Source: a virus
Lineage: Duplodnaviria > Caudoviricetes
Strand: one strand, 5' to 3'
Virus record (IMG/VR): IMGVR_UViG_3300037067_015318
Coordinates: 287-64,286 of that record
Length of the DNA stretch: 64,000 nucleotides
Shown here: positions 58,175-64,000 of the stretch, in pieces
Layout of the letters: every line of letters begins with the position of its first letter
Position numbering within the stretch: position 1 is the first letter of the stretch
Notes under the pieces: generated by a model
The model's database searches: none
Told to the model about the DNA's origin: nothing
The model's input: only the letters and a program-made list of their open reading frames with translations
Translations under genes and position numbers: made by a program

Positions 58175-60845
58175 GGGATTCTTCGAGGACTTGGGGGTAC
58201 ATGCTCCCAAGGTAAGTAGGCAGAAATCTCCTCGTACCCCTACAAAGGGAGCACCTTCTAAGAGCACACAGACCGTTCTTACCTGTGAGGATTGTGGACT
58301 TTACAAGAACTGTCATTCACCTAAGATGCCTCCCACGGGGCAGGGCAGGAAAAAGATTCTTGTAGTAGCTGAGGCTCCAGGAAGGAAGGAAGATGAGGAA
58401 GGGACACAACTCATTGGGAAATCTGGGCAGTACCTACGGGAAGCCTTGAATGCTTTGGGAGTTGATCTTGACAAGGATTGTTGGAAAACAAATGCAGTGA
58501 TTTGCCGTCCTCCTGATAATAGGACACCTACCCCCAGGGAGTTGAAGATCTGTCGTACAAACTTGTTGAATACAATCGAGATATATCAGCCCAGGGTTAT
58601 CATCCTCATAGGTGGAGCCTCCTTCGATTCATATATGGCTCCTCGGTTGTTGGGAAGGGTTGTTAACACCCCCTATAGTAGTTGGGTAGGATGTACTATT
58701 CCTGATCAAGAGACAGGAGTATGGATCTGTCCAATCTATCATCCCTCATATCTTCTACGTCCTCAGAATGTAGTCAGGAAGGACCGGGAAGGAGAGGAGG
58801 ATAAAGTACTAGCTGCAATGTACCGAAGGCATCTCAAGAGGGCTGTTGAGTTGGTTGATGTGGAAGTCCCTCGAGTTGATTTAGGTGATTTTGAGACTAC
58901 TTCTGATGAGTCCTTAGCAGTTGAGTGGATACATGGTTTGATGGAGAGGAAGCCTCGGTGGGTGACTTTTGATTATGAGACTACTGGTTTGAAGCCTCAT
59001 CGGGAAGGACATAGCATTAAGGTCATTTCGTTCTGTGATGGCACGTATACGAGGGCCTTTATGAATACCCCTCGAGTTTCGGAAGCATGGCGGATGTTTC
59101 TTTCATCATGTGATGATAATCATACGGGTATTATCTGTCATAACATTTCCTTCGAGGAGATGTGGTCTCTTCAGTGTTTAGGTGTCTCTCTCGATATACG
59201 ACGAAGATGGGACACACTTCTAGGTGCTCATATTATCAATAACAAATCCTCAGTGGGTTTGAAGTTCCTGGTATATTCACAGTTCGGTGTGCTAGGATAT
59301 GATACTGATGTAGATTACTTCATTGAGAATGTGAAGCCAGGGGAAGATCCTAAATCTTGTAATTCATTCAATCGGATTGATGAAGCAGACCCTCAGAAAC
59401 TTTTAGTATATGGAGGGGAGGATTCTTTCTATACACATCGGCTATTCTTATCTCAGTATGAGACATTCAGGAAGGATCATCATATAAGTAATGGTGCAGC
59501 ATTCTTTTTTGATGCAGTAGGAGCATTGGCGAGAATGCAACAGAATGGGGCGTGTCTTGATACTACTGAGTTGCAGCGTACAAAGATTAAGATATCCCGG
59601 AGGCTTGAGTGTATACGAGAACGGATTCAGGAGAGTCCTGCAGTCAAGAAGTGGGATAAGCCCGAGCCCTTCAATTTCAATTCCCCTCCCCAATTGATTC
59701 ATCTTCTGTATGATATTATGAAAGTCCCTGTTAAGAACGTGACTGCTACAAAGCGGCCAAGTGTGAATGAGGAAACCCTTGAGAAGTTGAAAGATACTAT
59801 TCCTGTTGTTCGTGAGATCCTCGATTATCGGCATTGGTCTAATAAGGTGTTGAAGACCTATCTTGGTCAGTACGAACGTGAGGTTATCGAGGGGCTTATA
59901 CATGCTTACTTTGGACTCGGGAATGTTGATACATTTCGGTCCTCTTCATACGATCCTAATCTACAGAATGTCCCGAAGCGAGACGAAATCATAAAATTAC
60001 TTCTTAGGTCCTTGATTCGTCCGAGGCCAGGTCATAGACTTATCGAGTATGATTACAAAGCACTCGAAGTTGTTATAGCCGGGTGTGTTTTCAAAGATCC
60101 TAATTGGTTGTCATATTGTCGGGATACCACAAAGGACATGCATCGTGATACAGCAATTGAAATACTATACTTGACTGATCAGTATGGGGTTCCTTGGTCC
60201 TCTCTGGATAAGGTAACTGCAAAGGTGACTCGGCAGGCTTCAAAGAACGGGTTTGTATTTCCTTCGATCTATGGATCTTCTGGTAAGTCTGCTGCTGCAG
60301 GAATGTGGGAGCAGTTACCAGATATTATACTAAAACACTTAAAAAACAATGTTGGTATTAGGAATCTTGGAGACTTTACATTCCGGATGATGGATTACGA
60401 AAAAGTGTATTGGGGAGAGCGTTACCCTATTTACGACAGGGCTCGTAGGGAACTATTCAGGTCATATGAAAAGAAGGGGTATATTGAACAGGTTACAGGG
60501 TTTCGATGTTATGGGCCTATGTCATTCATGCAGGTTGTAAATTCCCCAGTACAGGGACCCGCTTCTCATGTCAAGTTGAAGACCTTATCTGAGGTGTCAA
60601 GAAGGATAGATGAGGAAAGGAGAGACATACTCCCAGTCATGGAGATTCATGACTCAATGATTTTTGATGCTTCCCCCGAAGATGAGGAGTGGTTAGATAG
60701 CACGGTACAGTACCATGGCACCATTAAGGTTGTGAAAGATTGGGATTGGGTTATTGCACCTCTACTTCTTGAGAAAGAAAGGAGTGAGGTTGACGGTTCT
60801 TGGGCGCGTATGGAAGGATGTGGGTATCTTAAGGAGATCGTATGA
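58167..60845 (+). CDS. Family A DNA polymerase with N-terminal family-4 uracil-DNA glycosylase domain
   Basis: CEDC..C, AEAPG, CRPPDNR and HPSY (UDG); FDYET exonuclease; PNLQN, YDYKALE and IHDS (PolA). Confidence 0.9.
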   Translation: MNEGFFEDLGVHAPKVSRQKSPRTPTKGAPSKSTQTVLTCEDCGLYKNCHSPKMPPTGQGRKKILVVAEAPGRKEDEEGTQLIGKSGQYLREALNALGVDLDKDCWKTNAVICRPPDNRTPTPRELKICRTNLLNTIEIYQPRVIILIGGASFDSYMAPRLLGRVVNTPYSSWVGCTIPDQETGVWICPIYHPSYLLRPQNVVRKDREGEEDKVLAAMYRRHLKRAVELVDVEVPRVDLGDFETTSDESLAVEWIHGLMERKPRWVTFDYETTGLKPHREGHSIKVISFCDGTYTRAFMNTPRVSEAWRMFLSSCDDNHTGIICHNISFEEMWSLQCLGVSLDIRRRWDTLLGAHIINNKSSVGLKFLVYSQFGVLGYDTDVDYFIENVKPGEDPKSCNSFNRIDEADPQKLLVYGGEDSFYTHRLFLSQYETFRKDHHISNGAAFFFDAVGALARMQQNGACLDTTELQRTKIKISRRLECIRERIQESPAVKKWDKPEPFNFNSPPQLIHLLYDIMKVPVKNVTATKRPSVNEETLEKLKDTIPVVREILDYRHWSNKVLKTYLGQYEREVIEGLIHAYFGLGNVDTFRSSSYDPNLQNVPKRDEIIKLLLRSLIRPRPGHRLIEYDYKALEVVIAGCVFKDPNWLSYCRDTTKDMHRDTAIEILYLTDQYGVPWSSLDKVTAKVTRQASKNGFVFPSIYGSSGKSAAAGMWEQLPDIILKHLKNNVGIRNLGDFTFRMMDYEKVYWGERYPIYDRARRELFRSYEKKGYIEQVTGFRCYGPMSFMQVVNSPVQGPASHVKLKTLSEVSRRIDEERRDILPVMEIHDSMIFDASPEDEEWLDSTVQYHGTIKVVKDWDWVIAPLLLEKERSEVDGSWARMEGCGYLKEIV

Positions 60846-61066
60846 ATAAGAGACTTCGTGAATCTGTGGATGAGCACAACGAGAATGACCAGGAGTGGCG
60901 TGAGGTAGTGGATACATGTGACGAAATGTTGCTGGATGAGGATTACATCTTTGCTTCTGACACAATCCAGGGCATCCGGGATAACATTGAGGAGAGTAAG
61001 AGGGTCACGCCAAACCAGAAGCGGGCAATTGATAATATTAAAGAATCCGTCGAAAGTCGGAGATAG
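60842..61066 (+). CDS. Small hypothetical protein
   Basis: ORF overlapping the polymerase stop. Confidence 0.5.
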   Translation: MNKRLRESVDEHNENDQEWREVVDTCDEMLLDEDYIFASDTIQGIRDNIEESKRVTPNQKRAIDNIKESVESRR

Positions 61067-61097
61067 AACCACTTAATTGTTTACGAAGGAGGAAGGG

Positions 61098-63173
61098 ATG
61101 GGGTTGTACCACAAATATCGACCACAGAGTTTTGATGAGTTACTCGGCAACAAGGAAGTGATTCAGACTCTGAATGACGCATTATCAAATCCGAGTCGTG
61201 CACATGCTTACCTTTTCACAGGGCCCAGTGGTTGTGGGAAGACAACGGCTGCACGCATATTCGCCAGAGCTTTGGGGGTCTCTGACCTTGCTTTCAAAGA
61301 AATTAACTCTGCCAATAATAGGGGAATTGATACCGCAAGAAATATCATTGCAGAGATGCAGTCATATCCGTTCGAGGGGAAGATTTGGGTATGGATTATT
61401 GATGAGTGTTTCCACAGGGATACCCTTATCAGTACACCAAGCGGAGAAAAGCCCATCTCGTCAATTTCCCCAGGGGAAGATGTGATTTCTGCTGCGGGGA
61501 TTTCTAAAGTTCGTCATGTATATAAGAATATAGTTCCCTTAGATCGCATAGTTCGTGTTGACCTTGAAAAGGGCCCAATCTTTACGACCAAAGACCACCT
61601 GTTTTTTACGGTAAGAGGTTGGGTGAAAGCTGGTGAGTTAACGCGCGGCGACTTGACTTTTATAGCTCCCGCGGGTATAATGGAATACAGTATACCTGGA
61701 GGGGATTATGAGAAGAAACGACAGAAAGTACAAAAAAATCTGCGTAGTATGTGGGAAGGAATTCTACGCCGCACTCGATCGGGCGAAGTGTTGTTCAGAG
61801 AGTTGTCGAGTCAAGCTGAACAATATGAGGTCCCCGACTATCAAAAAGGTGTGTCCTCAGTGCGGGCGAGAGTTTATGGCTTTTGGAAAAGCTTCAAAGT
61901 ATTGTTCTCACAGTTGCCTTGGAAAAGCAAATACTGCTTCTCCACAATGGAAGGAGAAAATGAAGAACCCCGAGCGTTCCGCGAAGATACGAGCTGCAAG
62001 GTTGGCATTTCCTCCAGAAGTGAAGGCACGATTGAGGATGGAATCATCAGAAAGAATGAAGAGGAACAATCCATCAAAGAATCCATTAGTGATTCAAAAG
62101 ATTATAGAAACAAAAAGAATGCATGGTACTCTCGATGTGTTAAAATACTATCGTGGTGGGAATGGGCACTATACCGATTCTCAGCTTTTGTTAGGGGCGG
62201 TTTTGGGATGGGATATGGAGCGAGCTATTCCTACCAAGAAGGTGATGGCACAGGTGCCAAACTCTTACAAGGTGGATTTAGCCCATCCCTCTTTGAACCT
62301 TGCAATCGAAGTAGATGGGCCAGATCATTTACTTCAGAAGCACCTTCTTTTAGATCAGAAGAAAGAGGAGTGTCTCAGACGTCTAGGGTGGAAGGTGTTA
62401 CGAGTTACAAACCAGGAGGTCATAACCGATCTTTCGACAGTTGTATCTCGTGTGAGGATGTGGATAGGGGCTATGTCGAGTTCTACGACTTAGATGTTGC
62501 GGGGCATCATTCGTATTTCGTTGAGAAGGTGCTCGTACATAACTGTCATATGACTTCCAAGGATTTCCAGAATGCAATGCTGAAGCCTTTGGAGGATACA
62601 CCTGATCATGTTTACTTCTTCCTTTGTACAACGAATCCTGAGAAGCTCATTCCTGCCATCAAGACACGGTGTGCCGAAGTTCAGTTTTCTACCCTTGAGC
62701 CTCGGTATATTTCCCTTCTGGTGAAGCGTGTAAGCCGACAGGAAGGAATCGAACTGGATCAGGAGGTCATTGAAGAGATAATTGATGCTTCCCAGGGTTC
62801 AGCTAGGTCAGCCCTTGTCATCCTGGAGAAGATCTCCAAACTAGGGAAGGAACAAGCACTTAAGCTTCTCAGATCCCATCCTACCGATCTTGAGATGGAG
62901 GGAGGGAAAGTACTGGACTTGTGCCAAGCACTTACTCGTAAGGATGGTACGTGGGGGGACGTGGCTAGTGTCCTAAAGGAGGTGTATGAGGAGGAATCAG
63001 ACCTCGAGAAGATACGCTATCAAGTGTTAGGGTATGCAGCCTCTGTTCTCTTACGGGGGAAAGGAGGGAATCGGGCTGCATTGATCATAGAGTGCTTCTC
63101 CCAGCCTTTCTACGACACGGGGAGAGCTGGGGTGACATTGGCTTGTTACCAATCAATGACGTTAGGCAAGTAA
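61098..63173 (+). CDS. dnaX: Clamp loader (DnaX gamma/tau-like) precursor containing an intein
   Basis: LYHKYRPQ, GPSGCGKTT, IIDE|intein|CH, NAMLKPLED and IKTRC motifs. Confidence 0.9.
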   Translation: MGLYHKYRPQSFDELLGNKEVIQTLNDALSNPSRAHAYLFTGPSGCGKTTAARIFARALGVSDLAFKEINSANNRGIDTARNIIAEMQSYPFEGKIWVWIIDECFHRDTLISTPSGEKPISSISPGEDVISAAGISKVRHVYKNIVPLDRIVRVDLEKGPIFTTKDHLFFTVRGWVKAGELTRGDLTFIAPAGIMEYSIPGGDYEKKRQKVQKNLRSMWEGILRRTRSGEVLFRELSSQAEQYEVPDYQKGVSSVRARVYGFWKSFKVLFSQLPWKSKYCFSTMEGENEEPRAFREDTSCKVGISSRSEGTIEDGIIRKNEEEQSIKESISDSKDYRNKKNAWYSRCVKILSWWEWALYRFSAFVRGGFGMGYGASYSYQEGDGTGAKLLQGGFSPSLFEPCNRSRWARSFTSEAPSFRSEERGVSQTSRVEGVTSYKPGGHNRSFDSCISCEDVDRGYVEFYDLDVAGHHSYFVEKVLVHNCHMTSKDFQNAMLKPLEDTPDHVYFFLCTTNPEKLIPAIKTRCAEVQFSTLEPRYISLLVKRVSRQEGIELDQEVIEEIIDASQGSARSALVILEKISKLGKEQALKLLRSHPTDLEMEGGKVLDLCQALTRKDGTWGDVASVLKEVYEEESDLEKIRYQVLGYAASVLLRGKGGNRAALIIECFSQPFYDTGRAGVTLACYQSMTLGK
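61653..61681 (+). promoter_or_regulatory. Sigma70-type promoter inside the intein
   Basis: TTGACT-N17-TATAAT, followed by GGAGGGG (61698) and ATG (61708). Confidence 0.8.
61708..62493 (+). CDS. Nested +1-frame endonuclease (Cys-finger repeats plus DUF559/Vsr-like domain)
   Basis: CVVC..CCSESC, CPQC..YCSHSC, YKVDLA...LAIEVDGPDH...LRRLGWKVLRVTN. Confidence 0.85.
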   Translation: MRRNDRKYKKICVVCGKEFYAALDRAKCCSESCRVKLNNMRSPTIKKVCPQCGREFMAFGKASKYCSHSCLGKANTASPQWKEKMKNPERSAKIRAARLAFPPEVKARLRMESSERMKRNNPSKNPLVIQKIIETKRMHGTLDVLKYYRGGNGHYTDSQLLLGAVLGWDMERAIPTKKVMAQVPNSYKVDLAHPSLNLAIEVDGPDHLLQKHLLLDQKKEECLRRLGWKVLRVTNQEVITDLSTVVSRVRMWIGAMSSSTT

Positions 63174-63181
63174 GGAGGAGA

Positions 63182-63907
63182 ATGATGGGGATTCTTAGGG
63201 ATTTCAATGTAGTGGAGAGGAAGCTGTTCGGAGGGTTCAAGCTGTACGGAGTTTTCCTGGCGGCATTTATCACCCTTTTACTGCTATCAAACATCATAGC
63301 AGTAAAACTCATAGCAGTGGGGCCCATTGTGCTCACCGCCGCCGTTTTTCTGTTTCCATTTTCTTACATCTTTGGGGATGTACTCACCGAGGTGTATGGA
63401 TATTCTGGATCTAGGAAGATCATCTGGCTAGGTTTTGCTGCTAACCTTCTGATGGTTCTCGTCTTCTGGATGACTATAGTATTACCCTCCCCCTCATTTT
63501 GGAAGGGCCAGGAAGCATTGGTGGTAACGTTAGGATCAGTCCCTCGGATAGTCTTCGCCTCTCTATTCGCATATTGGGTAGGGGAGTTTACGAATTCGTT
63601 TACCTTGGCAAAGATGAAGGTGTGGATGATCAAGTGGGATCCTGAGCATAAACATCTTTGGATGCGTACAATTGGATCTACAGTACTGGGAGAGGGAATC
63701 GATTCCATACTGTTTGTTATGGTAGGGTTCCTTGGGACTATGCCAATAGAGTCAGTGGTCTCTATGATCTTGTGGCAGTGGGTATTCAAATGTTCTGTCG
63801 AGATACTATTTACTCCCATCACTTACGTCATAGTACGGGGTGTGAAGCGGATAGAGGGGATTGACACGGTCGGGGCTAGGACATACAATCCCCTCAAACT
63901 AAGTTAG
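63182..63907 (+). CDS. yhhQ: Queuosine-precursor transporter (YhhQ/Vut_1 family)
   Basis: SNIIAVK, FPFSYIFGDVLTEVYG, PRIVFASL.AY, R.IGST..GE.IDS motifs. Confidence 0.88.
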   Translation: MMGILRDFNVVERKLFGGFKLYGVFLAAFITLLLLSNIIAVKLIAVGPIVLTAAVFLFPFSYIFGDVLTEVYGYSGSRKIIWLGFAANLLMVLVFWMTIVLPSPSFWKGQEALVVTLGSVPRIVFASLFAYWVGEFTNSFTLAKMKVWMIKWDPEHKHLWMRTIGSTVLGEGIDSILFVMVGFLGTMPIESVVSMILWQWVFKCSVEILFTPITYVIVRGVKRIEGIDTVGARTYNPLKLS

Positions 63908-63946
63908 TTTTTCAACTTCCGTGACTTCGGATCAATAATATATTGA
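63908..63946 (+). promoter_or_regulatory. Candidate phage-specific promoter, copy 3, with the same palindrome
   Basis: TTTTTCAA-N17-CAATAATATATTGA. Confidence 0.65.
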
Positions 63947-63965
63947 GTACATAAAGGAGCAGTTG

Positions 63966-64000
63966 ATGGATACACAGAGCCAGCGGGAGCAGCTGGAAAA
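63966..64000 (+). CDS. Start of an ORF truncated by the window end
   Basis: AAGGAG RBS followed by ATG. Confidence 0.45.
   Translation, partial: MDTQSQREQLE

Larger units (their letters stand above)
61407..62543 (+). mobile_element. Intein (379 aa) at the DnaX Walker B site DE/CH
   Basis: Starts CFHRDTLISTPSG; block B TKDHLFFT; ends FYDLDVAGHHSYFVEKVLVHN with +1 Cys. Confidence 0.92.

Noticed and set aside
58167-60845. Intron or intein in the DNA polymerase
   Set aside because: The ORF is continuous with normally spaced motifs and no splicing signatures
1-64000. Prophage boundary or host assignment
   Set aside because: No integrase, att site or host gene is visible; the host cannot be named from this sequence alone

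Overview
A 64-kb segment of a large tailed bacteriophage with a contractile tail. Essentially all genes are on the + strand, and no integrase or host housekeeping genes are visible. 1-29.4 kb: end of a head-associated ADP-ribosyltransferase gene, a head module (protease, scaffold, Twort/SPO1-type major capsid protein), neck, sheath, tube, chaperones, tape measure, baseplate, a repeat-rich tail fibre and a lysis cassette. 29.4-40.6 kb: small accessory genes behind three copies of a ~100-bp sigma70 promoter/RBS cassette, with a type II hammerhead ribozyme and one tRNA-Ser. 40.7-64 kb: replication and DNA modification, comprising an initiator with iterons, split SbcCD, a sigma-like protein, primase, SNF2 and DnaB helicases, a queD/queE/folE/queC/queF/dpdA-like 7-deazaguanine cluster plus a YhhQ transporter, sliding clamp, UDG-PolA fusion and intein-containing DnaX. 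The most striking element is the DnaX intein. It stays open in its own frame while a complete Zn-finger/DUF559-like endonuclease gene sits inside it in the +1 frame, with its own near-consensus promoter and Shine-Dalgarno. All family assignments come from motif recognition by eye; no searches were run.
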